A stretch of DNA of 64,000 nt from Camelus dromedarius (Eukaryota): assembly GCF_036321535.1 (NCBI RefSeq), contig NC_087437.1, forward strand, positions 51,028,001 through 51,092,000, given 5' to 3'. Of this stretch, positions 13,430 to 26,542 are shown one piece after another. The position numbers and the translations under genes were made by a program. Under the pieces are notes generated by a model, which ran no database searches, had not been told where the DNA came from, and worked only from the letters and a program-made list of their open reading frames with translations. Position 1 is the first letter of the stretch; each line of letters starts with the position of its first letter.

Positions 13430-13837
13430 GTACAGTTGACTAAATAATGCCCCGCTGCTGGCTTTGCTATGCACTTGCATTTGCGCTAAGCCACACCTCC
13501 CACCAGCTACTTTCAGCCAATGACTTGTAGCAGGGATACTGAGGCACACTTCTTCCTAAGAGAGAGGTCTCTTCTGATGGTGGATTTGGGCTCCAGGACT
13601 TTCCTTCTGCTTTGTCCAACCTTCATGAGACTATGTGGCAACGTAAGATGCTTCTATCCAACCTTCTTTCCCTCTCTTCTTCACTTGCTTTTGGGATCCA
13701 CTGGTTCTCCCAGGCTTCTCTCTCCCTCCCTCCGTGTTTTCCCTCATAGGCATTTTCTTGCATGTTTTTATTAAAAATTCTTGCACATTTGATCTCATCT
13801 TGGTGTCTGCTTTTCAGAGGACACAGGACTAAAATAC
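13430..13837 (+). mobile_element. ERVL-class LTR (LTR33/LTR16-like)
   Basis: 3' motif attaaaaattcttgcac...ctcatcttggtgtctgcttttcagaggac typical of old ERVL LTRs. Confidence 0.5.
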
Positions 13838-14859
13838 ATAGCAATTAAAAAAAAAATCCCTTGGAAATCATTGCCTTAATGATAAAGCTAGCACTGTGGT
13901 GCCATCCACTTAAATTGATTTTCTGAAAAGTCTTAGTTGTTACACTTAGGCTAGGCTTGGTGGCAACATAATGTGAAAGTAAGTTTGAAGTCAGAATTGT
14001 GTTCAAATGCCAGCTTTAACATTTACTGCTTGTTTGTCTTTGGGCAAGATAATTCAACCCTTCTGGGCTCCAGTTTCCCCTCTTCCTACTTAGGCTTGTT
14101 TGTGAGGATTACATTAGAATGTAAAAGCACGTAATGTCCCAGCAAGCAGCCCTTCCCTGATTTTTACCTATTTCCTCACTTGAACGAAAGCTTCTGGAGG
14201 GCAGGGCTTGCCTTTTAGATTAGTTCCACAGCACCTTACCCAGTGTCTGGCAGCAATTAGAGAGAAAAGACCAAAGCTCAATAATTGGCAATGGGGCTTA
14301 ATCAGGAATGGTAGTTATTAACAGCTGAGAGATTCATTCATTTATGTATTCATTTATTTATTTGACAAACATTGGAGTTCTTAATGTGGATCAGACAGAA
14401 TATTTCCTCTGGGACTGCAGTAATGAATGTGAAAGTCCCTGTCCTCAAAGTTTACAGACTGATGGGAGAAGCAGACATATGAACAGATAAATTCTATATA
14501 GTATGATAGAGGAAGTTAGAGGATTCCAGGTACCGAGAATGGTGCAAATGGTAAGGAATCACCGCTTTCTAGAGTAAAGAGATTGTATGCTTTCTTCTTT
14601 CCAATTGCTGTCAAGCACTGGATAAGGTGCTGTGGGATCTAATCTAATAAGACAGGCCCTGCCCTCCAGAGTTTTCTGTCCAGTGAGGAAATACATAGCA
14701 ATCAGGGAAGGGCTGCTTACTGAGACATAGAAATAACATTACACTAAGGTCCTAGTTTGTTGGAGAAGTAAAAAAATTTTCTACTTCTCAACCTGTGGTT
14801 TCTGGATACCTACCATTCATAAGATTGTTTATCAGCAGATTTGACATATGACTCATAGT

Positions 14860-16460
14860 CTTGCTCTTTAAATTTGATTTCTGCCATTATCCTGGGTCAT
14901 TTAAGCATATAGGACCCATCCCTTTGCTCTAACCTCACATTGTTTTGACCTCTAGTCAACAGACCCTCACTCCCACTCACTCCAACACACAAGGCCATTC
15001 CTCAGATCATTTCATCACCCAGAATTACTCTTCCAATGAAACCTTAAACTCTAAAGCCCTCCTTTCCTTCCACCTCTCTCATTCTATGACTTTCCTTGTG
15101 AGCTCACCCAGATCTCCAGTCTTCTAACATCTCTTCATGCAGGCCCCTGGGGTACCCGTTATCCCTTCCCAGCCTGCATTCCATCATTGCAGTGTCACTC
15201 CAACACTCTCACCAGCACTCAAGATTTGCTCACCTTTTGATCTCCCATTTCACTTACTCTCCTACTGCATCCATGTTTATCAGCCCAATTATTGGCCCTC
15301 TCTGCTCCTCTCCCAAGTTATTGAGCACAGGTAGAGAAAATCAATTAGCTGCAAATTTGTACCTCTAAAATTCTGTCATCTCCAACTTCAGCTGGGCAAG
15401 ATATTCTCAGCCAGGCTTTATTCAGTGTGAACCTGCTCTCATCTTTTTCCTATCTCTATACCAGCTAATTCACCACTCTCCTGCAGCACTCCACTATCTT
15501 CTCTTTTGTTCTCAGCAGTTGATCTTCCTTTCTTTTCAAAGAATTGAAAGACATGCAGTAGAATCTCCACTCCTATACTATCCTCTCTCTTCAGGGTTTA
15601 GGTGCCCCTCCCCCATCTGAACTCTGAATCCCATTCATCCAGTGTCTTAAGGACTTCCTTCTCTCTCCTTCTCTGATTTTCAACCTCTCTTCCTGTGAGC
15701 GCTTTCCTGAAGCATTTAAGCATACTCTAGCCTCTCCCATCTTTAAAATCCTTTCTGCAGCCCCAAGTTCCTTTCTAACTCTACCTTCTTTTTAAGTCTC
15801 TCCTTTGCCTCACTTCTTAATACACCACAATTGGCCTCACATACTCACAGCACTACGGAAATCACACTTGCCAAGAGCTCTATTACATGTTCGTTGCTAA
15901 ATTAAGTCGTTTTCTTATTTAACAAGTTTAATGCTCCTTGATGATATTGTTCTATCCTGGCTATCATCACACTTTTCAGTTTACTTCTCTTTCATGGGCC
16001 CTTTCTCCACCTTGGCCCTAAATTCTCAATCATCAGGCTTTCTTCTTACCCTGTAGATAATTATCCTAGGTAATTTTATCCAGTGCTATGGTTCCAGTAT
16101 ATTTGATGACTCCTAAATCTAAATGTTTAGACTAGATTCTTATATCCAAATGACTTCCAGAAATGTCTGTATGAGTCCTTAATATGGGACTACTAAAACC
16201 TGAAACTCAAAAACCTCTTTATCCAAAAATATTTATCTTGTATTTTCTTTTCTGGTTAATAGCAACAAAACTGGCTACTTATCAAAGCCAGAAATCTAGG
16301 AGTAATTTTTTCCTGTTATTTATTGAATACCTACCTTGTGCAAGGAAATCTTCCTCTTTATATTGTTGTCTATCCATTTATCTTCCCATCCTCCCTACCA
16401 GTGCCTTAGTTCACACCTTCATCAGCTCTGATATTGAAGAGCCTTCTAAATGGTTTGCCC
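14860..16460 (+). mobile_element. LINE-2 fragments
   Basis: Pyrimidine-rich degenerate L2-like sequence. Confidence 0.55.
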
Positions 16461-16643
16461 AAGATCAAAGTTCTTTGTTGGCATATGATTGAAACAACTC
16501 TGTGTGAACAGGGAATTTATTGGAAGATAGCAGAGGCTCACAGAGTTGATGAGTGAGACAAGTGTCATACCTGGAAAACAGGCAGAAACTGAGGCAGCTC
16601 CAGAGAGCCAGGGAACAGGACACATACAATGATCTTTAAGCAG

Positions 16644-17124
16644 TGTGAATGAAAAATACTACAAATCATATCAGTAAGCAAAGAATGCTGAAGCTATCAA
16701 GTTATCAGCCCCTGCCCGCCACCTTCCACAGTGAAAACAAGCAGGCAGCCCAGCCTCAGCAGCCTGAAGGGACTCAGAATGAGAAAGGACAGGGTACTGG
16801 CCCTAGATAGCTAGGTGCTTGTCAAAGGAATGATTTCAATGAGCCCAAATGTTTCCTCCCTCCCATATGTAGAAAAATGCTGAATTCTTTAACTTAAAAT
16901 GTCTGGTTTTCTTCAGTAAATAAGTAATCTTTTAATGTTCCGACTACCTGGTCTTTGTTGTAAAACTCATATATCCTGGCTCTTTCCCTACCTCTTCGGA
17001 GCGGTCCCTCAGAGCGATCTGGGATGCTGTCATCCTGGGTTCAAAGGGGTTCGAATCCTCAGAAATGTCTGTCAAATAAACCATAACTCTCAACTTTTAG
17101 ACTGTGCATTTATTTTAGTAGACA
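16644..17124 (+). mobile_element. Solo ERV1-class LTR with intact 4-bp TSD
   Basis: Starts TGTGAA, ends ...GACA, flanked by gcag (16640-16643 and 17125-17128); internal AATAAA near 17075. Confidence 0.75.
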
Positions 17125-19298
17125 GCAGAAATAACCTGGATAGAACATCCCTATGCATCCACCATGCTAATAAATTTATTTTTACCTCACTTACTCCTTG
17201 ATTGAAATTGCCAGTGGAAACAATTAGCCGACACTAGTTCACGTCGCTGACTGGCTGCTAAGGGCCAGGGAGATGGAGATAGAGGGAAAGTGAGAGAAAG
17301 GGAGACATCTGAATTCCTTAGGGAGAGGAAGGCTTTGCTTCTTGCCAAAATAAATACAATATGGAATTCCCCAAATCTTGGATGGGGTGGGGGGCGAGGA
17401 GGAATGCTTCATGGACTTACCCACCTCTTTGTTTTGGCTTCCTTCTCTTGGAATATAGCCTGGCCTCCAGCCATCTGCCCTACATTCTCTGAAAGAGATA
17501 GGGTTCATTTCCTCAGGGGAGCTTCCATGATCATTCTCTTCCCATCCCAGTCTGAGTTAGATGGCACTTGTGTGCCCTCATTGCCTCCTTTATGTACCTC
17601 TGTGAGAGAACTTTTCAGTTTACTTGACTTTTTATCTTTCTCTCCCAGATTATGGACTCTTCAAAATCAGGAACCATCTCTTATTTGATGAGGTCCAAGA
17701 ATCTAGTCAAAAATCCAATCCAGGGGAGAGGACCAGCCTGGGTAAGATGACTTTGTAGGTAGTTTTGATAAACCCAAGTTCACTAGGAAGTGAAAGGAGA
17801 GAGAAAATTGTTAGAGGGCCAATGACAAAAGGCCTATTTTGAATTTGCCTAGAACTGAAAAATCTCATCAATATGTGTTAAAGTAGTTTTAATGATTTCT
17901 TGGCATTTACATAACAGTGACTTTCTCTGACCTTATCATTAGGTTTTGGGTTTCTGTCTAAATTTAGGTTCAGTAGTAACCCTCTCCTTGCTTCTGAGTC
18001 CAGATCAAATGCTACCTCATTTATGAATCCTTTCCTGATTCCCCAAATGGATTTATTTTTTAATCCTCGAGGGCAAAGACCAGGTCTGTCTTGTTAACCT
18101 AACTCTATTCCCAGGACCTGGCAAAGTGCCTGGCACAGATTAAGTAATGAAATATATTTGACTGATAATCACTGTGGGCAGAAGGGGTATGTTGAAAAAT
18201 AGACAAATAGGGAAATTATAAGGCCTCCAAAGTTCTTTCGAGGTCCCTGGTTTGGTTCTCACCTACTGCTTCTCTCTTGTTATGCTAATTGGAAGCCCTA
18301 AAGGATTGTTACCTAATCTTTTATTCCTGACTTACTCTGCTACTGCTATCCCTAACCCCAACCTGTACCCACATCTGCAATGATCCCATTTTTAATCAAA
18401 ATAACATAAATTACTTCCAGAATAGTGCTGTGAAGAGTTCCATGGGCCCGCACTTCAGCAAAACAATTGTAATTGGCGAAAATTATTTTTAAAAACAACA
18501 TTTAAAGTCTCTAGAAATTCTCCTAAGTGTGTAAATAAGAAACATTTATTCAAGAAAATCTACTGAAACTTAGTAAGAACAGATAGAGTGTATAGCACTT
18601 AAGCCACTTCACAGTTTCTACCTCACTCTCCCCATCCCAACTCAACATGACAGAAGCTACACTCGAAGTGGGTGTGGTCAAGAAGGTAGGGCTCCTGCTC
18701 ACCTGGCCCCAGGCAAGGATATTTCCAAGGGAAAGGCAGGCCACCAGCATTTCTCATCCCCCACCGTTCCAGGTTCCCTAGGCTAATTTCCAGGTGAGTA
18801 TCGCTGAGAGGTGGAGGCACCCTTCCTCCAGCTAGCTCCACTGGTGTGGCAGAGGTTCCACACCAAAAAAGGCAAGTCGAGCAGACCAGAGGCTACCACC
18901 TCAGCACAGCACCCTGCTTGTAAAGCTGACTGACTTTATTTCAGAGTGTGAGGATGTTCAAGCCTAAGGGAGCTCCTGAGAACAGTAGTAGTAGACAGTT
19001 AACAGGAGGCTGGTAGCTCCAAGAGATCAACAGACGACATCACAGGCCAGCTAGTTTACCAGTGAGAACCAGGGAAAGAAACAGCTAAGAAAATGCCTCC
19101 TGGGATCAGAATAAATCTAAGACTGGCCTCAAAAACCAACCCTGCAAAGGAGTCAAAATGAAAATGAACTTCATGTAAATTAAAAACTTCTGTGCTTCAA
19201 AGGATACCACTGAGAAACTGAGAAGACAATCCACAGAATGAGAGAAAATATTTACAAGTCATATTATTTGATAAGGAACTTGTATCTAGAATATACAA

Positions 19299-19761
19299 TG
19301 TACTAGTTTCCCAAGACTGCCATTAACAAAGTATCACAGACTGGGTGGTGGCTTGAACAACAGAAATGTATTGCCTCACAGTTTAGGAGGATAGAAGTGT
19401 GAGATCAAGATCGGCAAGGCTGATTTCTTCTGGGGACTGAGAGGAAGAAAATGTTCCATGTTGCTCATCTAGCTTCTGGTATTTTCTGTTTATCTCTGGC
19501 ATCCATTAGCTTCTGCTACATCAACCCTGTTTTCTGCCTTCATCTTCACATGATGTTCTACTTATGTGCATGTCTCTCTATGTCCGAGTTTTCCCCTTTC
19601 TATAAGGACAGCCACCATATTGGATTAGGGCCCACCCTAAAACCTCATTTTAACTTGGTTACATCTGTAAAGACCTTATCTCCAAATAAAGTCACATTCT
19701 GAGGTATCAAGGGCTAGGATTCCAACAAATATTTTGGAGGAGACATAATTTAACCCATAAC
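19299..19761. mobile_element. MaLR LTR (MLT1-family)
   Basis: tgtactagtttcc...cacagactgggtgg...aacaacagaaat...tctccaaataaagtcacattctgaggta...cccataaca. Confidence 0.8.
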
Positions 19762-19819
19762 ATATAGAGAACTCTTACCACTCAATAAACTAAAAAACCC
19801 AATTTAAAAATGGTCAAGT

Positions 19820-19950
19820 GGGGGGAGGGTATAGCTCAATTTGTAGATTGCATGCTTAGCATGCATAAGGTCCTTAGTTTAATCCCCAGTACCTCCATTA
19901 AGTAAATAAATAAATAAACCTAATTACCGTCCTCAAAAAAAAAAAAAAAA
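19820..19950 (+). mobile_element. tRNA-derived SINE, Vic-1-like (camelid)
   Basis: ggggagggtatagctcaa (A box)...gcatgcttagcatgca...ggtcc...tttaatcccc (B-box-like), (taaa)n and poly(A) tail. Confidence 0.75.
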
Positions 19951-20867
19951 GGCAAAAGATCTGAGTAGACATTTCTCCAAAGAAGATATGCAAATGACCA
20001 GTAAGCAAAGTTGCTCAATATCATTTGTTATCAGGGAAATGCAGATCAAAACCATAATGAGATACCACTTCATACCCACTAGAATGACTATAATAAAAAA
20101 GACACGATTTGTTTGTTTGTTTGGTTGGTTGGTTTAAACAAATTGAATTTTTTTAAAAAGACAGATAATAACATGCTGGCAAGGATGTGGGAAAAAATGG
20201 AATCCTCATACACTGCTGCTGAGTATTTAAAAAAGTACAACTGCTTTGGGAAACAGTCTGTTAGTTCCTCAAAAAGTCAAACATAGAGTTACCATATAAC
20301 CCAGCTCCTAGGGGTATACCTAAGAGAAATGAAAACATGTGTCCACACAAAAACTTATACATCAATGTTTATAACAGCATTATTTGTAATAGCCAAAAGG
20401 TGTGTCTCAAGTGTCTACCAACTGATGAATGGGTAAGTAAAAAGGGACATTTTATCCAGCAATCAAAAAGGAACGGAGCACTGATACATGCTACAACATG
20501 GCTGAATTTTAAAGACATTATGCTAAGTGAAAGACGCCAGTCACAAAAGGCCACCTATTGTACAATTCCATTAATATGAAATACCCAGAATAGGCAAATC
20601 TATAGAGACAGAGGTTGATTGGTGGTTGCCTAGAGACGGAGGATCTGGTGGAAAAGGAGAGTGACTGCTGATGGACATGTGCTTTGTTCTGGGGCGATGA
20701 AAAGTTTTAAAATTGACTGTAATGATGATTGCACATTCTGTGAATACGCTAAAAACCATTGAATTGTACACTTTGAATGAGTTAATTATATGATATATGA
20801 ATTATATCTCAATAAAGCTGTTATATTTTTAAAATTCATGTAAACTCCTTCAAAAGGCCCATCCTTA

Positions 20868-21036
20868 AACAAGGTTCTACTGTATAGCACAGGAACTATA
20901 TTCAATAGCTTATAATAACCTATAATGGAAAAGAATCTGAAAATATATATATGTATGTATGCATAATTGGATCACTTTGCTGCACAGCTGAAACTAACAC
21001 ACTGTAAAGCAACTATACTTCAATTTTTTTTCAAAA
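20868..21036 (+). mobile_element. Short LINE-1 3' UTR fragment
   Basis: Same 3' UTR type as ~12820-12960 (ctactgtatagcacagg...); imperfect flanking duplication aaaaggcccatcct / aaaagcctcatcct. Confidence 0.7.
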
Positions 21037-21441
21037 AAGCCTCATCCTACCTAAAGCTGCTATTAGAACTGGAGTTGACAGTGAGAAAGAACAAAGGTTC
21101 TTCCTTGTTTTCAGTCTGGTGTTCATTCCTGAGGTCTAGAGACAATAGGACTTTGCCCTGCTCAGCATCTTACGTGGACAGGGAGGCACACTTACGGATA
21201 GATAATTACAGTGCTATGTGTGAAGACCTGTAATAAGCAGACAATGGGTACAGTAAGCAGAGCAAGCACAGATTTTTGAAGCCAGATGGACCTGGGTTTC
21301 AACCCCAGCTCTGTTACTACCAGCCACCATTTCCTTTTTTATAAATTGTAGACAATCATAATAAGCCTTGGGACTGCTGAAGGAATTAAAGGAAATACTG
21401 TAATCAGAGTGGCTATCACAATACATAGCTCAAGACCCTGC

Positions 21442-21610
21442 ACAGCAATGCTTCTCACACTTCAGTTGGCATAGGAATCACCTGAGGGTCCTGTTAAGTT
21501 GCAGATTCTGATTCAGTGGGTCTGGGTGGAGACTGAACGTCTGCATTTCTAACAAGCTCCCAAGTGATGGCCCTAGTGTTGGTTGAGGTCCATCACTTAA
21601 GTAGCAAGAC
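21442..21610. mobile_element. hAT-Charlie DNA transposon (MER5A-like)
   Basis: cagcaatgcttctcacactt...gaatcacctg...gcagattctgattcagtgggtctggg...tgcatttctaacaagctccc. Confidence 0.75.
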
Positions 21611-21911
21611 CAAAAAGTACCCTATGTATGAAGTGCAAAAGGAGTGTAGAGAAGGAAGCATGAGTTAATTCTTCAGAAGGGAAAGGCTGGAGCTGGACTT
21701 TCCCTGAAGTACTGGTGGGGAGTTGGCCAGGAATAAGAAGGGGGACGTACATTCCAGGCAGGTGGAAAAGAGTGAGTCAGGACCTTGACATAAGAGTGGA
21801 AGGTGACTTCAGAAATAACTTAAGGTATGTGGTGAGCAGCAGCCAGAAACTGGGAAGGTCAGTTGTAAACTATCTTAAACCTGACGTTAATAAGTTTTAA
21901 CTTTAGCCCAG

Positions 21912-22095
21912 GCCACTGGTTCTCAAAATGCAGTCCCTGCTCAGCATCATCCGCAAACTTGTTAGGAATGCACACTTTAGGGCCCAGCCCAGACTTACTG
22001 AATCAGAAACTCTGGAGGAGGGGCCCAATAATCTGTATTTAAACAGTCCTTCGTGTAATGTGGATGCACAGTAAAATTTCAATCACTGGAGAATC
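21912..22095. mobile_element. MER5A-like DNA transposon, opposite orientation
   Basis: ggttctcaaaatg...ttgttaggaatgca...cccagacttactgaatcagaaactctgg. Confidence 0.7.
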
Positions 22096-23199
22096 ACTGG
22101 TCCTAGGTAATGGGGGCAGGGCATTGGGTGGTGTTTTAAATAGTAGAGCAAGGTGATCAGATGTGTGTTGTAGAAAGTTGATCCCAGCAGTTGAGATGCA
22201 CTAGAGGGGGAGAGTAGGAAGGCAGCACCACCAATTAGGAGGCAATGGCCGGAGTCCAGGTGAAAGAGGATGGGCACCTGGACCAGAGCAACAGCTGAGG
22301 GAATAAGAGGGAGGGAGATGACCTAAGAAGAATTTAGGAGGTGGATTCAGTAACACCTGGTGACTAAGGATTCAGTAACACCCGGTGACTAATTGGATGT
22401 GACCTGTGAGGGTAAATAAGGGGTGGAAGATTTCAAAGTTTCTATCTCAGATGACTGAGTGGATGGTGAAACCACTAACCAAAATAGATAAGAAAGGAGA
22501 AAAATAAGCCTTGAATGAGGGGGGGAAAAGAATGAATTTCATCATGGATAGGCTGAATTTGCTTCAGGGCATTTTAAGGGGAAGTGTCTTAAAGGCACTT
22601 GAAAATAATGGTCCAGATTCAGGATGAAGGCCCAAGTTCATAGTCTAGATTTGGAATTTATTGGTGTGTAAGGGGTAGCTGAAGCTATGCACAAGGAGAA
22701 AATTATTCAAGAAATGAGAAGAGACCAAGGACAGAAGCGACAGAAACCTCAGTATTCAGGCATAGGCCAAGAAAGAGGACCTGGGGGAGAGACTGAGAAA
22801 GAACTAACAGAGGAGTTGAAGAAGATAAGGAAAGAAACACACCGAAGAACTCTCGGGTGTCATATAGGAATGTGGTTGGCTGCAAATACCAGAAAGCCTG
22901 GCTACAAGTTGTTTAGACAAATGATATTTTTCTTACAGGCAAGCTGGCAGTCCAGGCCTGGCACCATCCTCACAGACCCAGGCTCCTGCTTTCTTTCTGC
23001 CCATTTTTAAGGTGTTGGCTTGAAGGTTGGTTGAAGGATGGCTGCCGTACCTTCAGGCATCACATCCAAATTCAAGGCAGGAAGAAGGGGACAAAAGGAC
23101 CAAGGCAGGGCCAGCTACATCTCTTCCCTTTCTTTGGGAGTCTCTCTTTTTATTCATTGAACTTGTGATTTCATCTTTTTGCCTAAAACTTAGTCACAC

Positions 23200-23685
23200 T
23201 GTAATAAAAAAGAACAAATCTGACTCCATACTAGGTCTGTTCCTTTGGCTTTAACCCTGTGCTCTGTTTCCTGGGCTTAGTTGTGCTGGTTCTGCACCTT
23301 TTGTAAAGGAATGCTGCCTACAGTTTGAAATATATGGGATAGCCTATTCTCAAGGCTTTGAATTTTAAGGGTATTAACAGTTTTCCATTCAGATAAAGAT
23401 AAAAAGTTGCAGAATAGAAAATAGCATTTATTTTGTTGGAGGTTTACAGGGACAACATGACCTGACCCACACGAACAAAGGATTCCAACCATAAGACCAT
23501 ACCCTTTCCCCTTTTAGTATAAAAGGAGCCTGAATTCTGACTTGGGACATCTCCAGGACATCAGTCTGCCATCTTCTCAGTCTGCCGGCTTTCCGAATAC
23601 AGTCATTATTCCTGGTCCCAATACCTTGTATTCCAATTTATTGGCCTGTCGTGTGGCGAGCAGAATGAGTTTGGACTTGGTAACA
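23200..23685. mobile_element. ERV1-class solo LTR (MER41-like) inserted in an older MaLR remnant
   Basis: TGTAA...TAACA ends, near-perfect 4-bp flanks acac/acat, tataaaa box near 23518. Confidence 0.6.
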
Positions 23686-26300
23686 ACATGGTCACTCCTG
23701 GCTGCAAGGGAGGGTAGGAAACTTGAGTGTTTAACTTTCTAGCTTCTATAGAAGAAGGAAAGGGAGAAAGAGTTAGGAATGGATGTGAAGTCTGCCAAGC
23801 TGTTGTGAATGCCACATCTAAAAGGAGAGAGTTAGTTACAAGGAGAGAGATGCAGTGACAAAGCAAGGGGAGGAGAGACACAGCTTCTTAGTTCTATGCT
23901 GTCGCATAAATTTTTTTGCACAAAATATAAATGTCAACATTGTACAAGCGGTACACGATTGAGTACAAAAAACCAAAAAAAGTTCCCAGCTATCATTTCC
24001 CCATTATGATTTGTTTTAAACTTTGAAACAGATTGCCTGTATTTTAGGTCATGAAGATCCAAACTCATTCTATACATATTATCTGACTACTCGGATTCTC
24101 CACTTGGTCTTGTCTATAGTGAACAGAATACAAGCAGCACAGAAAATTCCCTGACAGTTTCTCCTCCTTTTGTTCCTTCTGTTCCTTTTGTAATGTGAAA
24201 AATTCTTCTCTAGGCACATTTATGACTCTTCTGACGTGATGTGCTGTTCAGCTGGGGAGGAACACCAAACCTAGATGAGTTTACTCTGAACATATGAAGA
24301 AGGCATTTTGTAAGCATAGAAGGAGAAACATAATGGCCACACAAAGTACAAGAGTTTGGAGATGTTTGGAGAATAAAAGTTATGCACAAGGTATGTATGC
24401 CTCACTGCCAAAGTGAATTTATAGAAGACTGTTCTTCCCAATTAAAATCCCCTGTTCACTTGCATTGGAAGAATCCGAGATCTGATTGCAGGGGCACCAT
24501 CCCACTGTCTGCCATGGGTGCACCATTGTGAAGTCCAAATAAGACTTCTAATGTCAGGGATAGTACTCCGAGAAGTAATTGATTTTTGAAACCTGACATA
24601 TATGGAGCATTATTTGTTTAGGCTTAGTCTAGGCCACCAGAGGCATCATTATATTTGGAAATGAGGGCTGTTTACGGTCAGGTCAGGATTATCTATACCT
24701 CTTGACTAAGGTCATTCAAGGGGCATTTCTGGAACACTTGGCTGTAAAATAGGAACCCAGGGGAAGATCATGATAAAAGCTAGCAGAGGAGAATACAAGT
24801 AAATACCATCAAGAAAAATAAAGGATATAAAAAATTCTGTTGACAAATAAATAAGCTCAACATGTGTCATTATTTATTTTTCATAATAGAGAGGTGTAGT
24901 GTGCATAAGACCAATTTAAAAGTAATAAACAAAAATATCTCAGTATTGTGTTAAAACTTGATCTAGAAGTTTAAGTAGAATAACTTTTGTACATTCCCCT
25001 TTTTACGTTGTCTAGATCCACCACAATCAAATCATACTCCAGCTGAAATTTTATATGTACTTTACCTTACCTTTACAAGTATTTTTCAGGTATTTTTTAG
25101 CCTATGCCCAGAGATAACTTTTTTAAACAACTTTATTGAGACACACACTTTTGCTGTGCACATTCCTGTACAATTCTGTGTAGATATATGCTTTCATTTC
25201 TCTTGGGTATTTGCCTAGGAGTGTAACTCCCCCATTCCCCAAATTTGTATTCACAGGGGCTTCACAATCCACATGGAAGGATGGGGTCCGATAAGATCTG
25301 CAAGGGTGTGATTTGGTTTTTGCCAAAATTCAAATAGGCCAACTAGACTGTCGGTTTCTTGCTTGGATCTGGTGGGGGACAGTCATCTGCAAATTGTAGA
25401 CACCCAGCAGCACTATCTCAGATTCCTCTTTCTCCCTAATGCTGCTGTCTGCTCCTGAGCCCTGGTCAATGTAAGACTTCTGCCAGAATCAGGCAGCCTT
25501 CCAAGTTGGGCCAGGGGAAGTGGGCTTCTGGTCTCCTCCACACTTAGCTGGATATTTCTAAGCCCCTGTCTCAGGGTTAGACCCCCAAAGCAGGAGAATA
25601 CAGATATACTCATGGTGACCATTTACCCTACCTCTTTGTCCATGAAATTTATTTTTATCTCCCTAGTTCCTATTCTCATTTTGGGTCTTAGTTTAAGGCT
25701 CAATGGGGCCTTTCCTGCTCTTTCAGATTAGAGTGACAGTTTATTTCAGAAGGGCAGGAACTGTTCTGTTCATTTCTAATCCTCATTATCTAACATAGTG
25801 CTGGGCGCACAGTGCCAGGACACAGAATAGAAACACAATAAAAATTTGTTGGGCAAATATTGTTAATCTGTCTTTACCCCTAATAGACTTTATGATCAGG
25901 AGGCCAAGGGTGACACATTATAAATCCCTCTATTCCCTTGTCACGCAGGGCTTTCTAGTAAGTTCTTGGACTTACTGTTTATTTATTCAACAAATATTTG
26001 TTCCAGCTTGGTCCAAGATAACATATACAAATATCATAGCTACTGTTGTTATTGCTGTGGAAGCTTCATAAATGCCAATCAATATTCTGTGTGACTTGAG
26101 GGGGAACTCATCACCTTCCTCTAAGGAGTAAAATTATATACGTACGATCGCGTCTTTAGCGGACCGGCGCCCCTCCCCTCCAGGCAGCGCAGCAGTGCAG
26201 GGCACTGAGGGCGGGGGTGAGAGGCTGGGCTACCCCAACCCCGCCCGGGCTCCGGCCCCGCCCACAACCATGCGAGCTCCGCCCCCGGAACCGCGAGCGC

Positions 26301-26324
26301 GCCGCCGCCGCCGCCGCCGCCGCC
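26301..26324 (+). repeat. (GCC)8 trinucleotide repeat
   Basis: Eight perfect GCC units. Confidence 0.95.
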
Positions 26325-26389
26325 GTCACTGGCGCCGCGCGCGCCCCGCCCCGCCCCTATTGGTGACGTGCGGACCAAACGGGCCGGTC

Positions 26390-26542
26390 GGGCGCTGCTG
26401 AGCCGTGCTCTTCCGCGGGCTCCGGGGTCGCTGGGGCCTCCTGGCGCGGCGGCTTCGCCGGGCTTGGACAGCTCCCACCCCTCCCCCGTGCCCTCTCGCG
26501 GCACCTGGCGGGCCTGCGCTTCAGCAGGAGACCGGAGAGAGG
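26390..26542 (+). other. YEATS2: YEATS2 non-coding exon 1 (start approximate)
   Basis: Lies downstream of the promoter motifs, contains no ATG, ends at consensus donor AGG|GTGAGT (GT at 26543). Confidence 0.7.

Larger units (their letters stand above)
18420..20830 (+). mobile_element. Old L1M-type element (5'-end-like part joined to ORF2 3' end/3' UTR), interrupted by MLT1 and SINE
   Basis: aaattaaaaacttctgtgcttcaaagg, gacatttctccaaagaagat and the L1MB-type terminus attatatctcaataaagctgtt. Confidence 0.75.

Noticed and set aside
19820..19895. Functional tRNA gene
   Set aside because: Degenerate arms, A-rich tail and insertion within an L1 indicate a SINE
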